48,060 bases of DNA from positions 1-48,060 of the forward strand of contig CADBIO010000002.1 in the NCBI GenBank assembly GCA_902794835.1. The letters run 5' to 3'. A program made the position numbers and the translations under genes. Numbering within the stretch: position 1 is the stretch's first letter; every line of letters starts with the position of its first letter. The notes under the pieces were generated by a model. It was given only the letters and a program-made list of their open reading frames with translations, searched no databases and had not been told where the DNA came from. Of the stretch, positions 8,189-19,793 are shown piece after piece. The stretch comes from an uncultured Erysipelotrichaceae bacterium (GTDB lineage Bacteria; Bacillota_I; Bacilli_A; RFN20; CAG-826).

Positions 8189-9088
8189 TTAGTAACTTCT
8201 ATCCCAGATAGCGTGCGCCGCATCTGGATTGTCAATAAACGGGTTGCGGTTTTTCTGGATGCCATATACGGCTTCGTTACGTTTTATTTCTTTCTCAGAC
8301 ACCGGATCTTTATCGTTCCATTCCAGGTAGGTTTGAATTGCCCACGAAGCCAAACTCGGGAATGAGTTTCGTGAAAAGGCGTCATAACTCCAATCCGCCA
8401 TTTTGTCTTGATAACGAGTGACGAAATAGAAATAGGTTCTCGCAAAATCGCCTTTGTATTCGTCAACAACTTCGAAGACGGTTTTGTTATAGCCGTGGTT
8501 GCTTCCTTTTCCTAATTTTCCTCCGTTATGAGAAGTGTAGGTAGCCGTAGAAACGTTTCCGTGTGGGTAATTGCTTCTTTTGTTATTGACGTAAGCGTCT
8601 GTCGGATAGACATGGAAGAGGTCCGAACGCATCGGAGAGTTTTTGCTGAAGATAGACTGAGGGATCGTGTGTTCGCGATTGAATCCATCCCCCTCCTCAG
8701 AATAAGAGCCGCAGAAACCAGAACTATAAACGTATCTTTCGTTGGAATACATATCCCATACCGTGCCGTTTGATGTGATGTCTGTCGTCTTATAGGCATT
8801 TAGCAATCCATTGTATCCGACATCTTTTGTGCCGGTGCTGATGGTTTTGAATAATGCGGTTTTCAAGGCAGCCCCAGTAAGACTCCAATCCACGTTTTTG
8901 TAATATCCTTTCGGTTCAGGGGAAGGGGTGGAAGAATTACTGGAGGAAGAGGTTGAGGAGGTCGTTGATTGCTCAGTGCTAATCGACTGGCTTTCCGTGC
9001 TTGCGGGTTGACTCTCTGGTGAGCAAGAACCCATGATTAAGGCAAACAAAGATAAGGTGGAAAAAAATTTAAGTCGATGCGGTTTCAC
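8189..9088 (-). CDS. Secreted lipoprotein nuclease, endonuclease I family (Bsn/YurI-like)
   Basis: Lipobox IMGSC, Ser/Thr linker, NREHTIPQS, SDLFHVYPTD..VN..RSN, KGDFAR, QKNRNPFID; likely GTG start at 9088. Confidence 0.85.
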   Translation of the reverse strand: MKPHRLKFFSTLSLFALIMGSCSPESQPASTESQSISTEQSTTSSTSSSSNSSTPSPEPKGYYKNVDWSLTGAALKTALFKTISTGTKDVGYNGLLNAYKTTDITSNGTVWDMYSNERYVYSSGFCGSYSEEGDGFNREHTIPQSIFSKNSPMRSDLFHVYPTDAYVNNKRSNYPHGNVSTATYTSHNGGKLGKGSNHGYNKTVFEVVDEYKGDFARTYFYFVTRYQDKMADWSYDAFSRNSFPSLASWAIQTYLEWNDKDPVSEKEIKRNEAVYGIQKNRNPFIDNPDAAHAIWDRSY

Positions 9089-9111
9089 GCCATTATCATA
9101 ACGCCCAAAAA

Positions 9112-9143
9112 GAAAAAGTGCCATTCTTGCGAATGACACTTCT
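9112..9143 (-). terminator. Terminator of eno
   Basis: Minus strand AAGTGTCATTC-GCAA-GAATGGCACTTTTTC. Confidence 0.85.
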
Positions 9144-9157
9144 TAAATCATTAACGA

Positions 9158-10507
<1,350 letters not shown>

Positions 10508-10642
10508 TTAGGTTTTAAACATGCTTACAAAGTAAGCGACTAGATTATAGAGCAATTTCTCCATTGACGGCACGAGAAATGATTAATTAACGATTTATCG
10601 ATATTATTTGTATAATAAAAAGACGAGAAGGAGACGGACAAA

Positions 10643-12082
10643 ATGACCAAAACAAAAATCTCGACGAAACAGCTTTTGATTTGGGTCGCTTTAGCTGCCA
10701 TTGCCTTTACGGCATTTGGGTTCGGCGGGACACGTGGCGTTTCTTTTGCTTCTGCGCTGATCTTTGTGCTGGGCGTTTTCATGTTCCTTGGCAAGAAAGA
10801 AAAGATGGCCAAAGGGGACAAGAAATCCTTTTTCATATGGGTGCTGCCCTTCGCAGTTTTTGTATTGTTGATTTCTTTTGGGCGTTTTTGGAGTACGTAT
10901 CATTACGATGCGGGAGCAGGGTCGATCCGTTGGTTTTCCTATTTTATCGCGGCGTTGTTTAATGTTCTTGGCGTTGTTGGCTATGCCATGGTCGGTCATT
11001 GTTTGTCGTTGGGAGAAAACTCGGAAGGCAAAACAAAAGAGAGACTTTTCGAAGTCATCTTGTGTGCTCTTGCCTTGCACGTTCTCATCAATTTGATTAT
11101 CACACTGGCTAATTATGGCCCGTTCTATCGAACGCTTTATGCGGGCAAGAGCTATTATTATGGTTCTGTTGAATACCCTGTCGCCAACGAAAGAATGATT
11201 TTGGACGGTTTTACTATCGCTACCGTTTCCACGCAGTATGGGGACATTTCTTCTTTTTTGCTTGCGGCAACTCTCCCATCCTTGCTTTTTATCTCTTTAA
11301 AAGAAAATAAAATTGGTTTCTCCATCGCCGCCGTTAGTGGAGGCATCGGTTTGTTGGATTTAGTCTTGATGCCAAATCATTTGGCTTTATTGCTTTTGAT
11401 CCCTGTTTTTTCGATTGCCGTTTTCGTTCGTTTTGTGAAAACAGGGATAAAAACCCCTTTGTGGGAAAAGATTGTTGGCTTTGCTATGCTGGCAATGGTC
11501 GCGATTGTGGTCTTCTTGATGATCGGTGTGGCTGCAAATGGTAATAACAACTATGGCCCATTAAGCAAAATTTTTAATAATGGCAGACTGACTCAACCGA
11601 TCAATCAAATCATCAACGCAGTCTTCAAAAACAACTATGCTTGGAATTGGAAAAGCATTTTCTTTGGCATGAACGTTTATTCCGGCTATAGTCCATTGTC
11701 TTTGAAAACTAGTTTTTGGATGCAGACAGAAATCACTTGGGTCAACATCAACCTTCACACTTTCGAATTTGTGGCGCTGATGGAAGGCGGATTTATCGCG
11801 TTTATTGCCCTTTGCCTATTTATGGCCAGCCTTTTCCCGATGTTCCGAAATCATTTGAGGAGAGAAGAAAAGGCAAATCCTTGGGTATTAATCAGCGCGG
11901 TTTTTGTCCTCGGCTATTTCTTATATCAAAGCCTTTTGTTCACAATGTTCCCTTATATTTATGATGTTGGTCTTTATGTGAGTGCATTTTCATCCAATGC
12001 GTTCTTCTATTTGACCGTTTTGCTTATCTTTTTCTCTTATCGGAAAATCTATTCCTTAAAAAAGAAAGGGGGCGTAGCATGA
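10643..12082 (+). CDS. Polytopic membrane protein, O-antigen ligase/Wzy-like
   Basis: About 12 hydrophobic segments; large late loop ending LHTFEFVALMEGGFIAF, resembling the H...ExGxxG ligase motif; lies next to glycosyltransferases. Confidence 0.5.
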   Translation: MTKTKISTKQLLIWVALAAIAFTAFGFGGTRGVSFASALIFVLGVFMFLGKKEKMAKGDKKSFFIWVLPFAVFVLLISFGRFWSTYHYDAGAGSIRWFSYFIAALFNVLGVVGYAMVGHCLSLGENSEGKTKERLFEVILCALALHVLINLIITLANYGPFYRTLYAGKSYYYGSVEYPVANERMILDGFTIATVSTQYGDISSFLLAATLPSLLFISLKENKIGFSIAAVSGGIGLLDLVLMPNHLALLLLIPVFSIAVFVRFVKTGIKTPLWEKIVGFAMLAMVAIVVFLMIGVAANGNNNYGPLSKIFNNGRLTQPINQIINAVFKNNYAWNWKSIFFGMNVYSGYSPLSLKTSFWMQTEITWVNINLHTFEFVALMEGGFIAFIALCLFMASLFPMFRNHLRREEKANPWVLISAVFVLGYFLYQSLLFTMFPYIYDVGLYVSAFSSNAFFYLTVLLIFFSYRKIYSLKKKGGVA

Positions 12083-13392
12083 AAATCAAGGTTTGTAGCA
12101 CAGCTATTTGCGTCTTGCTTCTGGCAAGTTGCGTGAAAACCAACGAACTTTATGATCGGGGACAATACATTGATGGAGCTGATTTCACGAAGATTTTCTA
12201 CACCGATCACGACCCTTTGTCTTCGCTAAGTATTAGCAAAGAATCTTCTGTTTCCTTAGATGCCTCTCAATACTGCAACGGAACTCGTGGACTATCTACA
12301 AAAACAAATAAGACGGGGTCGATTGATTTTACCCCAATGCAGATGAGTGTATCTGTTTCTCAAACGAAAGCGTTAGATGGCACCTTATCGTTGGATGTGA
12401 CCATCCCCAAATTAAACCCCTATGGGAGTAACTTGCCTGTTTCCATCCTCCTAGGAAAGACCTACGAGGGCAAATATGCCATTTCCTCCTCTAAGGGAGC
12501 TGACTTTAACGTCCAATCCTATTCTTTTGAAGTGACTGACGATGATATTGTTGACGTCACAATGGATGGCGCCAAATTTACCTTTAGTCCGAGCAAAATC
12601 GGCGAAACGACATTGACTTTGAAGGCCAATGTAACCGTGTCTGGAACCGATTATGAGCTTCAAACTTCAATCCAATTTACTTTTGCCAACCCATACGGAA
12701 CAAGAACTGGCTATTCCGAGAGATATCCCGAGGTTTTCTCTTATCAAGGATCTTACTTAAGCGCAGACCCGTCCGATGATTGGAATCTTTCTTATGCCAA
12801 AACCAACAACGACTCCTCCTTTATCGGAAAAAGCTTTGGGCGAAGCAAATGTTTGGCAACAACCGACGAATCATTTAAATCCGGCTATCTTTCAAAAATC
12901 TACGACGGACAAATGTATTGTGAGGGTTACCATTCCCGCGCTCTGGTGGCGTTAGACCAGAACGGCTACTCGGCCTTCTTCCCCAAAACACTCGACACTG
13001 GAGATTATTTCCTGATGTCGTTCCGGGGCGGATCGAATGACGATACTGGGAGCAATCATAATGCTGGCTCGCCACGGATCTCTTCTTTTGATCTTTCATT
13101 GGACTTTTATTACCGAGATTCTGAAGGTTATCGCAAGGTTACCGTCGTTTCTGACGATGTCATTGTCGAGACTGACAACGGCGGCGAGGGGTGCACCTTC
13201 TTTGGATTCAAATTCTCGGAAATTGGGGTCGATCCAAAAGGAATTCTTGGCATGGGCCTGCGATATAACGATTTCCAAGATCCTCAATATGCATTCGCGT
13301 CTGAAGAGACTTGCAATCAAAAAGAACCGAAACAATATTCTTGGGGCCTTTTGGTCTATGAACTGATGTTCCCGGATTCAACCTGGAAATAG
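12079..13392 (+). CDS. Hypothetical lipoprotein (Ser/Thr-rich, beta-rich)
   Basis: Signal peptide with lipobox LASC; ATGA overlap with upstream gene. Confidence 0.75.
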   Translation: MKIKVCSTAICVLLLASCVKTNELYDRGQYIDGADFTKIFYTDHDPLSSLSISKESSVSLDASQYCNGTRGLSTKTNKTGSIDFTPMQMSVSVSQTKALDGTLSLDVTIPKLNPYGSNLPVSILLGKTYEGKYAISSSKGADFNVQSYSFEVTDDDIVDVTMDGAKFTFSPSKIGETTLTLKANVTVSGTDYELQTSIQFTFANPYGTRTGYSERYPEVFSYQGSYLSADPSDDWNLSYAKTNNDSSFIGKSFGRSKCLATTDESFKSGYLSKIYDGQMYCEGYHSRALVALDQNGYSAFFPKTLDTGDYFLMSFRGGSNDDTGSNHNAGSPRISSFDLSLDFYYRDSEGYRKVTVVSDDVIVETDNGGEGCTFFGFKFSEIGVDPKGILGMGLRYNDFQDPQYAFASEETCNQKEPKQYSWGLLVYELMFPDSTWK

Positions 13393-13395
13393 TTG

Positions 13396-14304
13396 TTATT
13401 TGATGAATTGGGAGATATCCAACCACTCACCTTGTTCGAAGTCGGCTTGGTCGTCATCGAAAATCAAGGTTCCTTTCGCTGGCGTGAAGGTCATTTCGCT
13501 GAAATAAATTTTTCCATTCACGTTATAAAAGTCCACGCGGACAAACGGGAAAGGCTTTGCAATTTCTTCAGCAAAGCGCGCCATTTCTTCAAAATTAGAT
13601 GGTTTTTGCAGGGGTTTTTCTGTTTTTAGCCAACCATTGAATTGGCTGCCGTCAAAGGGAGTCCAATCAATATAATACTGGTTGTAACGAATATCTTTTC
13701 CTCTGCCGGTGACAACATAAAGATTCTTGGCTTTACCATTGAAGACGTGGATTTTGTATTCGGTCGGCAAAGAATCTGCGTCTCCAATATATTGTTCAAT
13801 GATGATTCTTCTTTTGATCGGAGAGTAGTGCCTCTCCACAGTCTTTTTCCCATAGTCGGTTCTCAACCATCGATGAAATTTCCTTTTAGCTTCCTTTAGG
13901 TCAAGGTTGCTTTTGTTTTTGACGATGAGATTGAAGCCAGAACCATGAGTACATTTCATGACAAAAGACTCAGGAAGCTTGTCAAAATCAATATCTTCAA
14001 ATCGGTCGTAAATTCCTAAACAAGGGATCAACAAATCTTTAAACCCTTTTTCTTGTAGATAATCACGAACTCCGATACGGTCGGTGCAGCGGATGACTTC
14101 TTTGCTTTTTGGATATACAAAAAGGCGAAGATATTGAAGCTTTTCCGTATAACGAATTGGATGACGCAAATTCAATTTGTGATGAGTGATGTAGCGATAC
14201 TGATATTTCACGTATAAAACAGGCGAAATCCATTTGATTATCCCACGGAAGGGCGTGACCAAAGCTCTTTTCAATTTGTTTTCGTGTAATCTTTTTGCCA
14301 ACAC
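13396..14304 (-). CDS. TupA-like ATP-grasp protein
   Basis: YTEKLQYL, FVMKCTHGSG, IIIEQYI, EYKIHVFNG, FVRVDFY..IYFSEMTFTP. Confidence 0.88.
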   Translation of the reverse strand: MLAKRLHENKLKRALVTPFRGIIKWISPVLYVKYQYRYITHHKLNLRHPIRYTEKLQYLRLFVYPKSKEVIRCTDRIGVRDYLQEKGFKDLLIPCLGIYDRFEDIDFDKLPESFVMKCTHGSGFNLIVKNKSNLDLKEAKRKFHRWLRTDYGKKTVERHYSPIKRRIIIEQYIGDADSLPTEYKIHVFNGKAKNLYVVTGRGKDIRYNQYYIDWTPFDGSQFNGWLKTEKPLQKPSNFEEMARFAEEIAKPFPFVRVDFYNVNGKIYFSEMTFTPAKGTLIFDDDQADFEQGEWLDISQFIK

Positions 14305-14361
14305 TAGTTAATTATAGCCTAATTGTAGAAAAAATTATTGGCAATGTGTGATAATTCTTAT

Positions 14362-15552
14362 ATGCGCATCCTGCTTGTTTGCCAATACTATTCTCCCGAA
14401 CCGATTTCTGTTTCGCGAATCGCCGAAGATTTGGTGAAACGTGGTCATGAAGTTACCGTTTTGACTGGACTTCCAAATTATGGTTTCGGAAGAATTCTTG
14501 AAGGCTATGAAAAGCCCATCACCGAGGAAATCAATGGAGTTCATGTTGTTCGAGTAAAGCTTAAGCCTCGAACTAATAGCAAAAAATCTTTGATTGCCAA
14601 CTATCTTTCTTTTTGGCGTTACGCGAAGAGAAAAGTAAATCATTTAGGCCGTTTTGATTTAGTCTATGGGATTCAACTCTCGCCGGTGATCTCGATGGCC
14701 CCAGCCATTAAATATGCAAAAAAGAGACACGTCCCTTTTGTTTTGTCCTGTTATGACCTTTGGCCAGAGAGCCCAGTGGCCTCTGGTTATATCAAACAGA
14801 ATTCCCTGGCTTATAAAATTCTTTATCGCTGGTCTAGGAAAATCTATGCCAAGGCAGATAAGATTCTGACCTCCTCGCCCGCTTTCGAACCCTATTTCAA
14901 AGATGTGCTGAAATTGGATAAAAATATTTCCACCGTTTATCAACCGCCTGTCGAGTTAGAGCAAGCAGACGCTCCAAAATCCTATGAGACAAAAACGAAT
15001 ATCGTATATGCTGGGAATTTAGGCAAACTCCAACGGGTCGATCAATTTGTGGAAGCGATGAAATTTCTCCAGCCAGAAGAGTCGATCCATCTTTGGGTCC
15101 TTGGCTCTGGCGTAGAAGGGAAAAGAATCGAAGAAATCGTTGAAAAATATCATTTGCAAGACCGCGTATCACTTATTGGGCTGGTAAGTCAGCAAGAGGT
15201 TGCCAATTATGTGGCGAACGCAACCGCTTTGGTCGTCTCTTTGCCTTTCAGTGATTCTGTTGTTTCGGAAACTATCCCTTCGAAACTGGTTACCTCATTA
15301 GGGTGTGGTAAGCCAATTATTGCGGCAGTCGGTGAATCTAACAAAAAGATTTTAATGGCAGCTAAAGGCTCTTACTTTACAAACCCCGATTCCAAAAATA
15401 TCGGAGACGTGTATCGAAAAATAGCCCAAGAAAGCAAAAATAATCTGATCAAGATGGGTGAAGACAACTTAGCTTATTACAAAATTCATTTCGAATTTTC
15501 CAAGGTTATGGACTCCTTAGAAAGAGAACTTAAATCTTGCAAGAAAGAATAA
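14362..15552 (+). CDS. Glycosyltransferase family 4 (WbuB/CapL-like)
   Basis: MRILLVCQYYSPE, VLTGLPNY, YDLWPES, YAGNLGKLQ, IPSKL; start moved to ATG 14362. Confidence 0.9.
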   Translation: MRILLVCQYYSPEPISVSRIAEDLVKRGHEVTVLTGLPNYGFGRILEGYEKPITEEINGVHVVRVKLKPRTNSKKSLIANYLSFWRYAKRKVNHLGRFDLVYGIQLSPVISMAPAIKYAKKRHVPFVLSCYDLWPESPVASGYIKQNSLAYKILYRWSRKIYAKADKILTSSPAFEPYFKDVLKLDKNISTVYQPPVELEQADAPKSYETKTNIVYAGNLGKLQRVDQFVEAMKFLQPEESIHLWVLGSGVEGKRIEEIVEKYHLQDRVSLIGLVSQQEVANYVANATALVVSLPFSDSVVSETIPSKLVTSLGCGKPIIAAVGESNKKILMAAKGSYFTNPDSKNIGDVYRKIAQESKNNLIKMGEDNLAYYKIHFEFSKVMDSLERELKSCKKE

Positions 15553-16610
15553 ATTCTTTGGCCTTGTGTTTTCAGGCCATATAACTCTTCTAATTTTTGT
15601 TGGGAATGGTTTTCTTTAAGGCCGATCAATTTCCTATTTTCATCGAGATGGGTGGTGAAAAAATCTAGTAATGTTCCATCAACCCAGTTCACCTCTTCAG
15701 GGAAAAGCTCTTTTAGTTTGCTATGAAGAGTACTGATCACTGGTTTTCCGGAGGCAAGATATTCCAACATTTTCGAAGGGACAGATTCGGCGTCTAAATG
15801 AAGGTCATAAGGGCGGGGGTTGATTAAGGCGGCGGCATGAGCTTGCAAAGCATAATTGGTCTGTTTGGAAACCTGCCCAACGAATTTAATTCTTGGGTTA
15901 TTAAATGGCTCAAGACTTGCTCCATGTCCAGCGATGACCAAATCATAATCTGGTTTTGTTTTTTCGTAAGCCTTGATGAGATCATAAATCCCATATCGAG
16001 GCAATAGTGCGCCGCCGAAATAAAGATAAGATCCATCAAGAAAATCAATTGGGGCATCCCCTCTTTCTTCGATGATGCCTTCGGTGACCCAATGAGGCTT
16101 ATTCACCATAGAGAAGGTTTCAAGCAGCCCCTCAGATAAAGCGATTGAGGCATCCGCCTTAGACACATTTCCGAGTATTTCTTTGACATAACCCTTTTTG
16201 GCATTGGTTAAATTTTTTGGATTGTCTGTCAGCAAAGCCACGATTTCGCTTTTTGAGTGAAAACGAAGTGCCACTTTGCCTAGATGGCGATTCAACGAAT
16301 CAAAAATCACCGAATCATAAGGACCCAACTCTTTTGCCCTTAAAAACAGTGATTTTTCCAAGAATACCTTATCCAATAAGTGGTCAGGATGCTCAATGTA
16401 ATGATAATTGCCATGGTCAACGATTTTCTTCCCTTGCGTCGAAAAAGGAACTAACGACAAAACGGTTACCTCAGCCCCTGTCAAAGCGAGGGCTCGAATC
16501 ATTTTAGAATGAAAATTTTGGTTCGATGGATTCCCGACAGGAAAAGATTTTCCAAGGAAATAGTCATAATTTGTTTCTTCTATTGAAGTGGTGAGATAAA
16601 GAATTTTCAT
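15486..16610 (-). CDS. Glycosyltransferase family 4
   Basis: YFGGAL..RYGI, LINPRP, PSKMLEYLASGKPVIS. Confidence 0.85.
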   Translation of the reverse strand: MKILYLTTSIEETNYDYFLGKSFPVGNPSNQNFHSKMIRALALTGAEVTVLSLVPFSTQGKKIVDHGNYHYIEHPDHLLDKVFLEKSLFLRAKELGPYDSVIFDSLNRHLGKVALRFHSKSEIVALLTDNPKNLTNAKKGYVKEILGNVSKADASIALSEGLLETFSMVNKPHWVTEGIIEERGDAPIDFLDGSYLYFGGALLPRYGIYDLIKAYEKTKPDYDLVIAGHGASLEPFNNPRIKFVGQVSKQTNYALQAHAAALINPRPYDLHLDAESVPSKMLEYLASGKPVISTLHSKLKELFPEEVNWVDGTLLDFFTTHLDENRKLIGLKENHSQQKLEELYGLKTQGQRIYSFLQDLSSLSKESITLENSK

Positions 16611-17701
16611 TTGGCCATTTCTTCAAAAACTTCGAGGTGTTCTTCGACCATGATTTCGAAGGTATTTTTAGAGGCAGTTTTCAACGCGGCCTCCCTCATT
16701 TCTGCGGTAAAAGGAGAAAGCAAGGCTTTTTCGATGGCGTTCTTATCCTGAGGATCGACCAAATAACCATTAATCCCTTCTTGCAGCAAATGATTTACCG
16801 CATTGCTCTTGATGCTACCAATCACCGGCGTCCCCTGACTAAGAGATTCATTTACGACATGGCCATAAATATCTTCGTTGGTGATAAAAATCGAGGCATC
16901 GGCGATGCGGAAATATTTAAGCACAGTCTCGTGTTTCTGATATTTCACAATTTGAACATTCGTCAACTGGTTATCGCGAATAAAACTCTTATATTTGTCT
17001 TCCAAGGGTCCATCACCAATGAGAAGAAGGATGTTCTCTTTGGGCTGAGATTTCCAAATCCGGAGAAGCATCATTTCATTTTTTCGTTTGATGAAGGAAC
17101 CCACCGAAACAAAAAGCCTACCTTCTGGAAGTCCTAGTCCTTTCCTTAGCAAAACTTTTTCTTGCTCGGACAAAGGAGAGGACAAAACCGATTCCTTTCC
17201 AATGGAAGAATAAGAATAAAGTTTGATCTTTTCTGTATCTGCCCCATAGAAGGAAAGATATTTTTTGCTATTGTTTTCAGGAGCTAAAAACAAGGTGGCG
17301 CCAGGGATGTATTTTTGTTTAAGATGTTTGATGAAAAAATTCTCTTTTTCCCTTGCAAAACCCCCATTAATAGCAAAAATATAGGGTATTTTGTGGCGTT
17401 TGAGATAACGAATCGCTTTCATCTCCGTGAAGCTGGACCAGCCATTGATCACCACAATATCAAAACGTTCTTTTCTTAGAAGATTCAAAACTCCGAAAGC
17501 ATAGTTGTTAGAATGGCCGAAATGGATGCTTTTGAGAATGATTGCTTTGAAGTTTTTCGTGCCCTCTCCATAAAACAATTTGTTTCTGTCGCTTTCGTTA
17601 GAACGTTCAAAAGCTACGGTGAGATCCACCTTGAGTCCTAATTGATTAAAGAATTTGACTTTATATGGCGCCGGATGGGCAAACAACCAGAAAACTTTCA
17701 T
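16607..17701 (-). CDS. Glycosyltransferase family 4
   Basis: PAPY, SVGSFIKRKN, IGDGPL, EDIYGHVVNESLSQGTPVI. Confidence 0.88.
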   Translation of the reverse strand: MKVFWLFAHPAPYKVKFFNQLGLKVDLTVAFERSNESDRNKLFYGEGTKNFKAIILKSIHFGHSNNYAFGVLNLLRKERFDIVVINGWSSFTEMKAIRYLKRHKIPYIFAINGGFAREKENFFIKHLKQKYIPGATLFLAPENNSKKYLSFYGADTEKIKLYSYSSIGKESVLSSPLSEQEKVLLRKGLGLPEGRLFVSVGSFIKRKNEMMLLRIWKSQPKENILLLIGDGPLEDKYKSFIRDNQLTNVQIVKYQKHETVLKYFRIADASIFITNEDIYGHVVNESLSQGTPVIGSIKSNAVNHLLQEGINGYLVDPQDKNAIEKALLSPFTAEMREAALKTASKNTFEIMVEEHLEVFEEMAK

Positions 17702-17749
17702 CGCGCTAATAGTATAACCTTTAAACTTTTCTTAGTTATAATACCTAAG

Positions 17750-18415
17750 ATGATAAAGGACTGGAAAGAGCTTTTTGACCATGTGAAAGGGGAAACCTAT
17801 TCTCGTTCCCTCAAACAATTTTTGGATGCCGAGTATCAAAAAAATGTCATTTACCCCCCGAGAGACATGGTTTTTCAGGCGTTTAAACTGACTGCCCCAA
17901 AAGACTTAAAAGTGGTCATTATCGGTCAGGATCCCTATCACAATCCAGGCCAGGCAATGGGATTATCATTCAGCGTTCCTCGGGGGATGGAAATCCCTCC
18001 CTCTTTGGTTAACATTTATAAGGAAATTCAAAACGACATTGGGATAAAGATGAACTTTGACAATGGGGATTTGACCCCCTGGGCCCAACAAGGCGTTCTT
18101 CTCCTAAATGCTTATTTGACCGTCCGCGCTGGAATTCCTTTATCCCATGAACGCCCAGAATATCAGCAATTCATCACCGACACCTTAAACTATATCGAGC
18201 AGCTGGACCAGCCCATTGTCTATATGCTGTGGGGCGGCTTTGCCAAACGTTATGCTTCAGCGGTCACCAACCCCAAACACTTAGTTTTGATGTCTTCTCA
18301 CCCCTCTCCATTAAGTGCCAATCGTGGAGGCTGGTTTGGCAATCATTTATTTAGCAAATGTAACACTTATTTGGCGGAAAACGGCCAAAACATCATCGAT
18401 TGGCAAATAAAATAA
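17750..18415 (+). CDS. ung: Uracil-DNA glycosylase
   Basis: GQDPYH, GLSFSV, GVLLLN, HPSPLS; start at ATG 17750. Confidence 0.97.
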   Translation: MIKDWKELFDHVKGETYSRSLKQFLDAEYQKNVIYPPRDMVFQAFKLTAPKDLKVVIIGQDPYHNPGQAMGLSFSVPRGMEIPPSLVNIYKEIQNDIGIKMNFDNGDLTPWAQQGVLLLNAYLTVRAGIPLSHERPEYQQFITDTLNYIEQLDQPIVYMLWGGFAKRYASAVTNPKHLVLMSSHPSPLSANRGGWFGNHLFSKCNTYLAENGQNIIDWQIK

Positions 18416-18479
18416 CAAATAAAGAATTACATTCTTTTTATTTCGTGCTATATTGCACATTGACCTAAGGAGGCAAATC

Positions 18480-19664
18480 ATGGAAGAAGAAAAGAAAACC
18501 CCTGAGGTAGAAGAAATTAAAGCTACCGAACAACAGCAAATCGAAGAAGAAAGCGATTTTGCTGATGAAATGAAACCAGAAGTCACTGAAGAAGCGAAAG
18601 TGGAAGAGCCAAAAGAGCCAGAAGTGAACCTTTATGCCGAACCCGCTCCTGAAAGCGAAGAAACAATGAAAGAAGAGCCAAAGCAAGAAGAGCAAGCTCC
18701 TGTCGAAGCGGCTCCAATGAAGAAAGGCAAAAAAAGGAAGGAAGTCGTCACATATGTCTACGATGACCCTGAACTTCAAAGCATCGAAGACGCCCGTAAA
18801 GTTTTTCATGAACAATATCACAAATTAAACGTCATCAAGTGGATCATCACGGGTGTCGGTTTGGTCTTGATCATCGCAGGATGGGTGATCCCATCTTTGA
18901 TTCAAGGCCTTGGCTCCAATATCACAATGTACGTTGCTTTAGGCGTTACCGCCTTGGTCTTGGTAGGAATTGCTATCTATTCGCATTTCTTCCGCAAAAA
19001 AACGGATGCGTATATGCGAATTTACTTTAAAGACTATTACATTCACTCCAACAAATACGTTTATGGCGACATGGTTGAAAATTTAACTGGAACGGTTGAT
19101 GACAAACTTCCACAAGATCTTCTAGTCCAATCCAACATTTATAAAGATGTTGCCAAGGTTGGAAGTCGCGCCTTTATGAATTTTACTTATAAGGATCACA
19201 AAGGCATTGTCGCCGATGCCGCCGCCCAAAAGAAAGGGGACAGACAATTAGAGACCCTTTTTGTTGGCAAATTTTTGAAATTCGAAGGCATCACCAGCCA
19301 AGACGAGGTCTTGATTTATCTAAAAGGCAACAAAAGAGCCCTCCCTCCTAATTCTTTGAAGGAAAGAAATTTGATTGAAGATAGCCGCACCATGGTCGTT
19401 TATGGAAGTGGCAAGGCGCGGACTCTTTTGACCAAGAAGGTTCGCGAGGCTCTCGCCGCTTTTGATACCAACAAGACTTTCATCGATATGGCAATCAGCG
19501 TGAATTCCAACGGCCTGTTCCTTGCTATGGGTTACGAAGATGATTTGATGGTCCTCCCATTAGAGAAGGCTTTCAATCCAGCGCCGACCACCCAAAACAA
19601 AAACGATATGGCGAAAGTCTTCGCTTTGGTGGATGCCTTCGCTAACCCACACGGCGAAAAATAA
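18480..19664 (+). CDS. Hypothetical membrane protein (acidic disordered N-terminus, two TM helices)
   Basis: AAGGAGG SD before ATG 18480; E/P-rich N-terminus; two hydrophobic helices. Confidence 0.75.
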   Translation: MEEEKKTPEVEEIKATEQQQIEEESDFADEMKPEVTEEAKVEEPKEPEVNLYAEPAPESEETMKEEPKQEEQAPVEAAPMKKGKKRKEVVTYVYDDPELQSIEDARKVFHEQYHKLNVIKWIITGVGLVLIIAGWVIPSLIQGLGSNITMYVALGVTALVLVGIAIYSHFFRKKTDAYMRIYFKDYYIHSNKYVYGDMVENLTGTVDDKLPQDLLVQSNIYKDVAKVGSRAFMNFTYKDHKGIVADAAAQKKGDRQLETLFVGKFLKFEGITSQDEVLIYLKGNKRALPPNSLKERNLIEDSRTMVVYGSGKARTLLTKKVREALAAFDTNKTFIDMAISVNSNGLFLAMGYEDDLMVLPLEKAFNPAPTTQNKNDMAKVFALVDAFANPHGEK

Positions 19665-19680
19665 AGTTTCGACAAACTCT

Positions 19681-19710
19681 AGCCTCTCCTTAACGAGAGG
19701 CTTTTCTTTT
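19681..19710 (+). terminator. Intrinsic terminator
   Basis: AGCCTCTC-cttaac-GAGAGGCTTTTCTTTT. Confidence 0.85.
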
Positions 19711-19793
19711 GAAATATTTGCTAACCTTAAAACGAAAAACCTTTATACTAAGTGCAGGATAGTTGTCTCTTATTGAACAACTACGCGCCGATT

